From contig CAVWFS010000011.1 in the NCBI GenBank assembly GCA_963754315.1, positions 64,001-128,000 of the forward strand: DNA of 64,000 bases. The letters are read 5' to 3'. Position numbers and translations under genes: made by a program. The stretch comes from an uncultured Candidatus Rokubacteria bacterium. GTDB lineage: Bacteria; Methylomirabilota; Methylomirabilia; Rokubacteriales; CSP1-6. Numbering within the stretch: the first letter of the stretch is position 1; each line of letters opens with the position of its first letter. Positions 10,787 through 19,694 of this stretch are shown one piece after another. The notes beneath the pieces were generated by a model, which ran no database searches, was not told where the DNA came from, and saw only the letters and a program-made list of their open reading frames with translations.

Positions 10787-11215
10787 TCAGTCCTCGGCGG
10801 TGCGGGTGCGCAGGCGCTTGATCTCGCCGTGGCGCTTCTTTTCGCTGATCCGCCGCTCCTCGGCAGCCCGCGTGGGCACGGTGGGGCGTCGCCGACGGGG
10901 ACGCTTGAGGGCGGCGTGCACGAGGCCCCGGACCTTGTCACGAGCGTCCTCGAGGTTGCGGGCCTGCGTGCGGGTGGCCTGGCTCGTCACCACCAGGCGA
11001 CCCCGCGCATCCAGCCGGCGGCGCGCGAGCGCGCGTAGCCGTGCCTGCTGGTCGGGGGCAAGCCCTTCGATGGCGTCCAGATCGACCTCGAGGAGCACCT
11101 TGGTGGCCACTCGGTTGACGTTCTGCCCGCCCGGACCGGACGCGCGCACGGCACGCATGCTGAGCGCGTGGCCGGGGACGCGGACCGTGTCGGTGATGAT
11201 GATCGGCGCGCTCAT
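10787..11215 (-). CDS. arfB: Alternative ribosome rescue peptidyl-tRNA hydrolase ArfB
   Basis: ASGPGGQNVNRVATKV (GGQ), RTQARN, basic tail RRPT...KK. Confidence 0.92.
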   Translation of the reverse strand: MSAPIIITDTVRVPGHALSMRAVRASGPGGQNVNRVATKVLLEVDLDAIEGLAPDQQARLRALARRRLDARGRLVVTSQATRTQARNLEDARDKVRGLVHAALKRPRRRRPTVPTRAAEERRISEKKRHGEIKRLRTRTAED

Positions 11216-11259
11216 GCCGACATTGTAGCCCTCGTCGGCCGGCCCCATAATCGAGACGT

Positions 11260-12972
11260 ATGAACGTCGCGTTCCGCCGTGCGCTGACCGCGGTCGCGCG
11301 CGGGCAGGCCCACGCCGATCTCTACGTCCGGGGTGGCACCCTGCTCAACGTCTACACGGGCGAGCTCTATCCCGCCAACGTCGCCACCCGCGGCGAGCGC
11401 GTCGCCTACGTCGGGCTGCGCCACGAGATGATCGGGCCCCGCACCAGAGTGGTCGAGGTACCGGGCCGCATCCTGGTGCCGGGGTACATCGACCCCCACG
11501 TGCATCCCACCCATTTGCTCACCCCCTCGGCCTTCGCGCGCCACCTCTTGCCGCTCGGCACCACGACGCTCTTCGCCGACAGCTTGCAGATCTGGGAGCT
11601 GGGCGGCCTGCGCGCCTTCCGAACGGTGGCGTCCACCCTGGCGCGCTCGCCGCTCAAGTTCTACTGGATGATCCGGGTGCACGCGCAGTCGCGCACCACC
11701 GACGAGCCGCGGCGCTTCGCCCTGCGCGACCTCGCGCGCGCGCTCGCCCACCCTTGGGTGGTGGCCGCCGGGGAAGTGACGCGCTGGCCGGACGTCCACG
11801 ACGGCGCTCCGTACCTGCTGGCCCGCTTGGCCCTCGCCCAGCAGCGCGGCCAGCGGGTGGAGGGACACGCCGCCGGCGCCTCCGCCGAGCGCCTGGCGGC
11901 CGTTGCCGCGGGTGGATTCACCTCGGATCACGAGCCCATCACCGCGCGCGAGGTGCTCGAGCGCGCGCGGCAGGGAATTGCGGTCATGCTGCGCGAGTCG
12001 TCGCTGCGCCCGGATCTGCGCGGGCTGCTCGATGCGCTCAAGGAGGCGCCGGGGCTGGCCTCGCGCGTGATGCTGACTGCCGACGGCTCCATGCCGGCGT
12101 TCATTCGCGACCATGGCTTCGTCGATCACCTGATCCGGGTCGCGCTCGAGCGTGGCGTGCCGCCGATCGACGCCTATCGCATGGCCACCTTGAACCCGGC
12201 CACCTACTTCGGGCTGGACTCCGATCTCGGAGGCATCGCGCCCGGCCGCTACGCCGACGTGGCCATCCTGAGCGATCTGAGCGAGCCGCGCCCGGAGACC
12301 GTCATCGCGCGCGGACGGGTGGCGGCCACGGGCGGCCGGCTGCAGGTGCGCGTGCCGGAGCCCGTCTGGTCGCGAGTGTTCACGTCGGAGCGGTCCCGGC
12401 TCATGGTGCGGTGGCGTGCGCGTCCGGAGGACTTCGCGCTCCCCGCCCGCGCGCGCTATCCGGTCGTGCGGCTCGTGAGCGCGGTCATCACCAAGCTGGA
12501 AGAGCGCCCGCTGGCGGATGGCGATCTCTTCGGGGCCCTGCTCGATCGCCGAGGACACTGGACGGCGCCGGGCCCGGTGGCTGGCTTCGCCGAGCGGCTC
12601 GACGGCCTCGCCTCGACCATCACGACCGACTTCAATATTCTGACGGTGGGACGTCGTCGGGAGTCTATGGCGCACGCGGTCAATCGTGTGCTCGCCCTCG
12701 GGGGCGGGATCGTCATCGTCGACGCCGACCGGATCGCCTACGAGCTGCCGCTGCGCCTCGGCGGGGTCATGACGCGCGGCACTCTTCCCGAGGTGGCCGG
12801 TCAGGAGGACGCGTTGCGCGCGGCCCTCGAGGCCAGGGGGTATCCCTTTCACGATCCTCTCTTCACCTTGTTCTTTCTCGCGGCCGACTTCTTGCCATCG
12901 GTGCGACTCACGCCGCGGGGCGTATGGGACGTCAAGCGGGGCAGAGTGCTGTTGCCGTCGCGGCGCCGCTGA
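11260..12972 (+). CDS. Adenine deaminase-family amidohydrolase
   Basis: PGYIDPHVH, EGH, SDHE, MATLNPA, GGIAPGRYAD and a C-terminal Ade domain. Confidence 0.85.
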   Translation: MNVAFRRALTAVARGQAHADLYVRGGTLLNVYTGELYPANVATRGERVAYVGLRHEMIGPRTRVVEVPGRILVPGYIDPHVHPTHLLTPSAFARHLLPLGTTTLFADSLQIWELGGLRAFRTVASTLARSPLKFYWMIRVHAQSRTTDEPRRFALRDLARALAHPWVVAAGEVTRWPDVHDGAPYLLARLALAQQRGQRVEGHAAGASAERLAAVAAGGFTSDHEPITAREVLERARQGIAVMLRESSLRPDLRGLLDALKEAPGLASRVMLTADGSMPAFIRDHGFVDHLIRVALERGVPPIDAYRMATLNPATYFGLDSDLGGIAPGRYADVAILSDLSEPRPETVIARGRVAATGGRLQVRVPEPVWSRVFTSERSRLMVRWRARPEDFALPARARYPVVRLVSAVITKLEERPLADGDLFGALLDRRGHWTAPGPVAGFAERLDGLASTITTDFNILTVGRRRESMAHAVNRVLALGGGIVIVDADRIAYELPLRLGGVMTRGTLPEVAGQEDALRAALEARGYPFHDPLFTLFFLAADFLPSVRLTPRGVWDVKRGRVLLPSRRR

Positions 12973-12978
12973 GCCTCC

Positions 12979-14235
12979 GTGGCTCGACGCCAGCGCCGAT
13001 TCGCCCTCATCGTCCTCGGCGTGGCCGCCGTCAGCGCGGTCCTCGCCTTTCCCGTCCGTGGCACGTGGTGGGGTGGGTGGATCCTCGCCATCGCCGAGGC
13101 CGGCATCGTGGGCGGGCTGGCCGACTGGTTCGCCGTTACCGCGATCTTCCGGCGGCCCCTCGGGCTGCCTATCCCGCACACCGGTCTCATCCCCGCCAAC
13201 TGGGAATTGATGGCGGCCCGCGTCGGCACCATGGTCGGCGATCGCGTGCTCACCCAGCGCTATCTCAAGGACGAACTCTCCACGCTCGATCTGGGCGACG
13301 CCCTCGCTCGTCTGTCAGCCCGGGTGACGCGCGACGATTTGCAGAACGCGACCCGGCTCGTCTCGCGCTGGCTGGCCGAGCAGGTCCCACCGCAGGCGAT
13401 CGGCGAGCTGCTCGAGCGTCTCCGCCAGCTTCTGCTCGCTCGGCCGTGGGCGCCGAGGCTGGCGGCGGCGCTCGACTTCGCGCGAGAGCGCCGGTGGGAC
13501 GAGGGGTTCATCGCGTCGGCCTCCCGCGCGCTGGCAGATGTGCTGGAGCGTCCGGCCGTGGGCGCGGTGATCGCCGATCTGGTCGACGATCTGCTCCAGC
13601 GCTACCGGGACAGCGTGGCTGGATACTCTCGCTTCTGGCTCGGGCTCGCCGATCTGCTCGGCCTCATCGATCGTCGGCGAATCGTGTCGGCCCTGCGGGC
13701 CGGCGTGCGGGAGATCGCGGAAGACCCGCAGCATCCCTTCCGCCGCCGGCTGCTGGTCGCCCTGATCACGTTCGCGGGCCGGCTGCGGGCCGAGCCTGCG
13801 CTGGCGGCCCGGGTGGAGGAGGCAGTGCGCGCCATGCTGGAGAGCCAGACGCTCGTGGCGCTCCTCGACGATGTGGCCGGTGCGCTGCGGCGTCTGTTGC
13901 TCGTCGATGTCGGACGTCAACATTCGGAGCTGATCGAGTGGGTGGCGGATCGGCTCGAGCGGGCGCGGCTGGGGGTGATCGCCGACGAGGAACTGCGCCA
14001 CGACCTCGACCGCTGGATGAAGGCGCGGATCATCGAGCTGCTCGATCGCTACCACGGGCGCATCGCGGAGATCATCGAGAAGGGTGTGCTGGCCCTCGGG
14101 CCCGACGGTGCCGTGCGGCTCATCGAGGAGCATGCCGGCGACGATCTTCAATACATCCGGGTCAACGGCACGCTGGTGGGCGGGCTCGCCGGGGGGGCGA
14201 TCTACGCCCTGCACCTGCTGCTGCGGGGCGCGTAA
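12979..14235 (+). CDS. DUF445 family membrane protein
   Basis: EAGIVGGLADWFAVTAIFRRPLGLPIPHT and DLQYIRVNGTLVGG signatures. Confidence 0.9.
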   Translation: MARRQRRFALIVLGVAAVSAVLAFPVRGTWWGGWILAIAEAGIVGGLADWFAVTAIFRRPLGLPIPHTGLIPANWELMAARVGTMVGDRVLTQRYLKDELSTLDLGDALARLSARVTRDDLQNATRLVSRWLAEQVPPQAIGELLERLRQLLLARPWAPRLAAALDFARERRWDEGFIASASRALADVLERPAVGAVIADLVDDLLQRYRDSVAGYSRFWLGLADLLGLIDRRRIVSALRAGVREIAEDPQHPFRRRLLVALITFAGRLRAEPALAARVEEAVRAMLESQTLVALLDDVAGALRRLLLVDVGRQHSELIEWVADRLERARLGVIADEELRHDLDRWMKARIIELLDRYHGRIAEIIEKGVLALGPDGAVRLIEEHAGDDLQYIRVNGTLVGGLAGGAIYALHLLLRGA

Positions 14236-14313
14236 CGAGGGCGCGTCGCGTTGTCGCCCCTCGGGTTTTCACGTACACTGATTTCCCATCTGATCTTCAG
14301 CGGGGAGGAATCC

Positions 14314-15930
14314 ATGTCGTCACGAGTGAGAGCGACGACGGCCATCGCCGCCGTCGGGGCCGCACTGGTTGGCCTCCTGACCTTCACGCCGGCGGTGAGC
14401 CAGACCCCCAAGGCCGGCGGGGTCATGAACGTCATGCAGCGCGAAGACTTGCCACAGGGCTTTTCCATCCACGAGACGGCCACCATCTCCACGGTGTGGC
14501 CGAGCATGCCCTGCTTCAACAACCTGGTCCTGTTCGATCCCCTGAAGAAGATCGAGAGCGTGGACACCATCATCGGTGAGCTGGCCGAACGGTGGTCGTG
14601 GCAGGACAACTACCGGAACCTGGTCTTCTTTCTGCGCAAGAACGTGAAATGGCACGATGGCCAACCCTTCACCGCCAAGGATGTCAAGTACACCTTCGAC
14701 ATGGTCCGCGAGGCACCCGACGCGGCGGGCAAGCTGCGGCTCAATCCGCGCAAGGACTGGTACGCCAACGTGGAGGCCATCGAGGCGGCTGATCCCTACA
14801 CGGTGGTGTTTCGCCTGAAGCGTCCGCAGCCGTCGCTGCTGATGCTGCTGGCCTCGGGGTACACGCCGGTCTATCCGGCCCACGTGCCGGTGGCCGAGTT
14901 CCGCACCAAGTGCATCGGGACGGGGCCCTTCAAGGTGAAGGAGTGGAAGAAGGGCGAGTCGGTCGAGTACGTCAAGAACCCCGACTACTTCGTCAAGGGC
15001 CGTCCCTATCTCGATGGTCTCAAGTACGTGGTGATCGTCGAGCGTGGCACGAAGTTCGCCGCCCTCCAGGCGGGTCGTCTCGATGCCTCCTTCCCGGGTG
15101 ACGCCACCAAGACCATCGCCGAGCAAGTCGTCAAGGCGGAGCCGCGCATCACGCTGACCGTCAATGGCCAGAACGTGAACGACAACCTGCTCCTCAACGC
15201 CACCAAGCCGCCCTTCAACAACGTCAAGCTCCGGCAGGCCATGAGCCTGGCCATCGACCGCACGGCCTACGTGAAAGCGGTGCACCAGGGCGGCGCCGAG
15301 GTGGGTGCCTCCATGCAGCCCAAGCCCTTTGGCGTGTGGGGATTGCTGGGCAAGGATCTGACGAACCTCATCGGATACGGCAAAGTCGCTGACGACAAAG
15401 CCAAGGCCCGCAAGCTGCTCGCCGAGGCCGGCTACACCGCGAGCAACCCGCTCCGCATCGAGATGGCGGCCCGAGCCATTCCCCAGTACATCGACTTCGC
15501 GTCCTTCGTGATCAGCGAATTCAAGACGGTGGGGGTGGAGTCGACCCTGAAGCAGATAGAGTCGGCCCAGTGGCATCCACTGGCCACCCGCAAGGATTAC
15601 CAGGCCGGGCCGAACCTGACTGGCATCGGCGTGGACGATCCCGACGCCAACTTCTTCGAGAATTTCGCCTGCGGCTCGCCGCGCAACTACACCGGCTACT
15701 GCAACGAGCAGGTGGAGAAGGTGATGGCCCAGCAGTCACAGGAGCTCGATCCGAAGAAGCGCGTGCTGCTGGTGGCGCAGATCCAGCGTGCCCTCGAGGA
15801 GGACGCGGCGCGGCCCACCGTGGGCTGGCGGCTCGAGTACTACACGCACTGGAACTACGTGAAGAACCTCGTGCCTCACCAGTCGATCTACAACTGGGGT
15901 CGCATGCAGGAAGTCTGGCTCGACAAGTAG
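14314..15930 (+). CDS. ABC transporter substrate-binding protein, family 5 (peptide/nickel type)
   Basis: Signal peptide, LRKNVKWHDGQPFTAKDVKYT, IGTGPF; GAGGA RBS. Confidence 0.92.
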   Translation: MSSRVRATTAIAAVGAALVGLLTFTPAVSQTPKAGGVMNVMQREDLPQGFSIHETATISTVWPSMPCFNNLVLFDPLKKIESVDTIIGELAERWSWQDNYRNLVFFLRKNVKWHDGQPFTAKDVKYTFDMVREAPDAAGKLRLNPRKDWYANVEAIEAADPYTVVFRLKRPQPSLLMLLASGYTPVYPAHVPVAEFRTKCIGTGPFKVKEWKKGESVEYVKNPDYFVKGRPYLDGLKYVVIVERGTKFAALQAGRLDASFPGDATKTIAEQVVKAEPRITLTVNGQNVNDNLLLNATKPPFNNVKLRQAMSLAIDRTAYVKAVHQGGAEVGASMQPKPFGVWGLLGKDLTNLIGYGKVADDKAKARKLLAEAGYTASNPLRIEMAARAIPQYIDFASFVISEFKTVGVESTLKQIESAQWHPLATRKDYQAGPNLTGIGVDDPDANFFENFACGSPRNYTGYCNEQVEKVMAQQSQELDPKKRVLLVAQIQRALEEDAARPTVGWRLEYYTHWNYVKNLVPHQSIYNWGRMQEVWLDK

Positions 15931-15943
15931 GGGGAAGCCCGCC

Positions 15944-16897
15944 ACGCGAACCTACATCACCAAGCGGCTCGGCATCGCCGTGCTCACCTTGCTCGGCATG
16001 TCAATCGTGATCTTTGTCCTCATGCGTCTGGCTCCAGGCGACATCGTGGACATCCTCTTCGCCACCGGCGGCTACGTGAACGATGCCGACAAGAAGCTCA
16101 TCATGCGGGAGCTCGGTATCGATCGGCCCATGTGGGTGCAGTACATCGACTGGCTCCGCCATTTTCTGACCGGGGACCTCGGCAAGTCATACCGCTACGA
16201 TCTGCCCGCCTGGGAGATCATCAAGCCGCTCATTCCGGTGACGGTGGAGCTGGCCGTCCTCTCCACCATCATCGCCGTGCTCCTCGGGGTGCCCACCGGC
16301 GTCATCAGCGCCGTCCGTCAAGACACGGCCTTCGACTACGCCCTGCGCATCTTCTCGCTGGCCGGGCTCTCCATGCCGTCCTTCTGGCTCGGCATGGTCA
16401 TCATCTTGGTTCTGGTCGCCTGGTTTGGGTGGATTCCCCCCGTCACCTACGTCTCTCCGACCCAGGACCTCAAGATTCACCTGGTGCAGTTTCTGCTGCC
16501 GGCCCTGGCCGTCGGCTATCGCTCGTCCGCGCTCATCACCCGCATCACCCGCTCGGCGGTGCTCGAGGTGATGCGCGAGGACTATATCCGGACGGCCTGG
16601 GCCAAGGGGCAGAACGGGCGTGTGGTCATCTGGCGGCATGCGCTCAAGAACGCCATGCTGCCCGTGATCACGGTGATCGGCATCGAGTTCGCCTTTCTCA
16701 TCGGGGGTCTGGTGGTGACGGAGACGGTGTTCAACCTCCCCGGAGTGGCCCGCTTTCTCGTGCAGGCCATCCTGTGGCGTGACTACCCGATCGTGCAGAA
16801 CCTCGTGATGTTCATCGCCATCGTGGTGATCCTGTCGAACCTCGCCGTGGACATGCTCTACGGCTTCTTCGATCCGCGGGTGCGCTATGGCGACTGA
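15944..16897 (+). CDS. ABC transporter permease (DppB/OppB-like)
   Basis: GDLGKS, EAA-type EDYIRTAWAKG, HALKNA, ETVFNLPG; N-terminal xRTYITKRL begins at ACG 15944. Confidence 0.9.
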   Translation, partial: TRTYITKRLGIAVLTLLGMSIVIFVLMRLAPGDIVDILFATGGYVNDADKKLIMRELGIDRPMWVQYIDWLRHFLTGDLGKSYRYDLPAWEIIKPLIPVTVELAVLSTIIAVLLGVPTGVISAVRQDTAFDYALRIFSLAGLSMPSFWLGMVIILVLVAWFGWIPPVTYVSPTQDLKIHLVQFLLPALAVGYRSSALITRITRSAVLEVMREDYIRTAWAKGQNGRVVIWRHALKNAMLPVITVIGIEFAFLIGGLVVTETVFNLPGVARFLVQAILWRDYPIVQNLVMFIAIVVILSNLAVDMLYGFFDPRVRYGD

Positions 16898-17801
16898 ACC
16901 GGTGGCGGCGCCGGCGGGGGTCGAGGTGGTGCTGGGCAGCCGGACCACCCACCGGGAGAGCGCCGCGAGCGTGTTACTCCGTTTCTGCCGCAAGAAACCT
17001 CTGGGTGCCGTGGGCGGGGCCATCATACTGGCCATGCTGGTGGTGGCCATCTTCGCGCCGCAACTGGCCACCCACGATCCCATCGCCACCTCGGCCGCGG
17101 CCACCCTGGCGCCCCCCGGCCCCGAGCACTGGCTGGGAACGGACCATCTCGGTCGCGACACGTATAGCCGTCTCATCTGGGGCACCCGGGTGTCCCTCAT
17201 CGTCGGCGTCGCCTCGACCTTGTTCGGCTCGTTCCTGGGCGGGGTCATCGGGCTACTCTCCGGGTACTTCGGGGGCACGCTCGATCTCATCACCCAGCGC
17301 TTGCTCGACATCCTGCAGGGGCTGCCGCTGCTCGTGCTCGCGCTGGTCATGGCCGCGTCGCTTGGGCCGTCCATTCCCAATGTCGTGGTGGCCATCTCCA
17401 TTCCCATCATGCCGCGGGCGGCGCGGGTGATTCGCGCGAGCGTGCTCTCGATCCGGGAGATGCAGTACGTGGAGGCGGCGCGCGCTCTCGGCCTGCTGCA
17501 CCTGCGTATCGCCTTTCGCCACGTCATGCCCAACACGATCGGCCCCTTCATCGTGTTGATGACCGCCCAGCTGGGAAGCGCCATCCTTACCGAAGCGGCG
17601 CTGTCCTTTCTGGGCCTCGGCGTGCCCGAGCCCTATCCGTCATGGGGCCGCATGTTGTCGGTGTCGGCGGCGGAGTACGCGCAGAAGGCACCCTACCTCG
17701 TGCTCTTTCCCGGCATCGCGATCAGCCTCGCCGTCTTCGGGTCGAATCTGCTCGGCGACGCTCTGCGCGACACGCTCGATCCCCGTCTGCGCGGCGCCTG
17801 A
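16887..17801 (+). CDS. ABC transporter permease (DppC/OppC-like)
   Basis: HWLGTDHLGRD, YVEAARALG, HVMPN, EAALSFLGLG. Confidence 0.92.
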   Translation: MATEPVAAPAGVEVVLGSRTTHRESAASVLLRFCRKKPLGAVGGAIILAMLVVAIFAPQLATHDPIATSAAATLAPPGPEHWLGTDHLGRDTYSRLIWGTRVSLIVGVASTLFGSFLGGVIGLLSGYFGGTLDLITQRLLDILQGLPLLVLALVMAASLGPSIPNVVVAISIPIMPRAARVIRASVLSIREMQYVEAARALGLLHLRIAFRHVMPNTIGPFIVLMTAQLGSAILTEAALSFLGLGVPEPYPSWGRMLSVSAAEYAQKAPYLVLFPGIAISLAVFGSNLLGDALRDTLDPRLRGA

Positions 17802-18034
17802 CCTCGCCGGCCTCGGCGTGCGTCAGTCGGGGAAATCCTGGCGCTGAGCGCGACAAACGAGCCAGACAGTGTCGTGACCATCTACGGTCCGGTGATCGGT
17901 TCGAAGTGCAGGTCAGCCAGCGCAATCCGAGGAGCACCAACAACCCTGCGTTGAGTCTCTGCCGAGATCGTCGTCACACTCGCCTTCGGTTCTGCTCGCC
18001 CGGTTTCTCGCACCGTACTGCATTTCAGACATTG

Positions 18035-18600
18035 ATGCGGACGATCTCGACGCGCACACTACACCGGTGCTGCTCACGGAGCTGCTGGTGGCGCTCTCGT
18101 TGCTGGGCCTGGTGTTGGCGGCCCTCACACCGACCCTGGAGCACGTGGCGCGTGCTTTCGCAGAGGGCGCCGCCCGGGTGGAGGCCCAGCAGAGCGCGCG
18201 GGTGGCGCTCGAGCGTCTGGCCCATGACATCCGGGCCGCCGGCTACGGACGCGCGTCGGTGGACTTCGCCGCGGTGGCGGTGGCCGATTCGGCGCGCGTC
18301 GTGCTGCAGTCAGACCTGAACGGCGACGGGATCATCGCCGGGGCGGGCGAGACGATCACCTGGCGCCTGGCCTCCGACATCCTGCGTCGCGACGCCGGCG
18401 GTGGCGCCCAGCCCATCGTGAACGGTGTGCGCTCGTTCACCCTCGTCTATCTCGACGCGACCGGCGTGGCCACCTCCACTCCATCGGCCGTCCGTTCCGT
18501 GCGAATCGAGCTCACCACGGCGCCGACCCGCACGGCGGGGCCGCCCGGAAGCGATATCGTCAGCACCTTGACCACCACCGTACGCCTGCGCAATCGCTGA
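18035..18600 (+). CDS. Type IV pilin/pseudopilin-like protein (PilW/GspJ-like); 5' end unclear
   Basis: VLLTELLVALSLLGLVLAA (E5), QQSARVALERLAHDIRAAG, C-terminal TTVRLRN; upstream ATG 18035 is one base out of frame with GTG 18067. Confidence 0.7.
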
Positions 18601-18645
18601 GCCCCGACCGGCTGGCGCATTTTTTGGGTGTGCTAGAAGCACGCC

Positions 18646-18988
18646 ATGAGGTCGTCTCGCATCGCCGAGGCCACCGGCAAGACCGATTTCCAGCGGGAAT
18701 TCACGTCATCGAGGACACGCAGGTCAACGCGTTCTGCCTGCCCGGCGGCAAGGTCGCAGTCTACACGGGGATCCTGCCCATCACGCGCGACGACGCAGGC
18801 CTGGCCGCCGTGGCCAGGCCGGGTATCATCCCTCGGCCGCAAAGGAACTTTGGGTTAGAATTAAAGCGGCCTCTCGCGGCGGTCAAAAGCCTCCCGAGTT
18901 CCTGTCCACCCACCCGTCCGAAGCGACCCGCATCAAGCAGATCGAGGGCTGGTTGCCGGAGGCGATGAGCTACTACCGGCCCCGTTAG
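18646..18988 (+). pseudogene. M48-family metallopeptidase remnant with internal deletion
   Basis: VNAFCLPGGKVAVYTGIL...GLAAV, then in another frame PEFLSTHPS...RIKQI; HEXXH region absent. Confidence 0.8.
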
Positions 18989-19156
18989 AGGCTCTCAGAG
19001 GCCCCCTCCGGGCCCCCTTTACCCAGTCGGATCTCCCCTTTTTCCCCGAAAAAGCCCAAAAGCCCCAGTCGTGGGGTTCTACCCTGAAATGAACCCCACC
19101 CATCGTCTGGGAATCCTAACTGAGCCAGAATCGCCTTTTAAATCTGAACTTTTGGC

Positions 19157-19185
19157 TTGACACTGTTCAGGCCGAACGCTAATGT
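19157..19185 (+). promoter_or_regulatory. sigma70-type promoter of the dcw cluster
   Basis: TTGACA (19157-62), 17-bp spacer, TAATGT (19180-85). Confidence 0.75.
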
Positions 19186-19189
19186 CGCC

Positions 19190-19221
19190 GTGGGGTGGAG
19201 CAAAGTGGGATGAAATCCCAC
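19190..19221 (+). promoter_or_regulatory. Putative MraZ operator (GTGG repeats)
   Basis: GTGGG GTGGAG CAAA GTGGGA TGAAAT CCCAC just downstream of the -10; resembles known MraZ GTGG boxes at 10-bp period. Confidence 0.65.
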
Positions 19222-19244
19222 AAGGCGGGCGACGAGCAGGGAGC

Positions 19245-19694
19245 ATGTTTAGGGGACGGTTCGAGCACTCGATCGATGGGAAAGGACGCCTGAGTGTGCC
19301 GGCACGGTTCCGGGAAGCGCTTGCCCAGCGGTTCGACGGTGACATGAACCTGGTGGTGGTGCCCAACGAGCGCTGTCTGGAAGTCCATCCTCTCTCGCAG
19401 TGGGAGGCCATCGAGGCGCGCGCGCGTGAGAGCTCGCTCTTCGACGAGCGCACGCGCGACTTCGGCCGTCTCTACGTCTCGCGGGCGCGCGATCTCGAGA
19501 TCGACACGGCCGGGCGGATTCTGCTCCCGCCGGACTCGCGCCAGTACGGGGCGCTCGATCGTGAGGTGACGTTGGTCGGCGGGGGTGGGCCGTACTTCGA
19601 GATATGGGATCGCAAGCGGTTCGAGGAATACGAACGCACGGAGCAGCATAAGCTGCCCGATCTGTTCAGCGCGATGGCGAACCGGGGAGTCTAG
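19245..19694 (+). CDS. mraZ: Division/cell wall cluster transcriptional repressor MraZ
   Basis: MFRGRFEHSIDGKGRLSVPARFRE and second repeat DTAGRILLP. Confidence 0.95.
   Translation: MFRGRFEHSIDGKGRLSVPARFREALAQRFDGDMNLVVVPNERCLEVHPLSQWEAIEARARESSLFDERTRDFGRLYVSRARDLEIDTAGRILLPPDSRQYGALDREVTLVGGGGPYFEIWDRKRFEEYERTEQHKLPDLFSAMANRGV

Noticed and set aside
11754..14579. 941-aa alternative-frame ORF and similar long shadow ORFs (e.g. 8687-10522, 11212-13179, 26882-28507)
   Set aside because: Arg/Ala/Gly/Pro-rich with no motifs and fully overlapping well-supported genes; expected in high-GC DNA.
17802..18034. Possible c-di-GMP (GEMM) riboswitch or sigma54 promoter upstream of the pilin
   Set aside because: Only fragmentary resemblance (CGACAAACG, GTCAGCC); the core GGCAAAC/GACGCAAAGC elements are missing and the GG-N10-GC spacing is not met.
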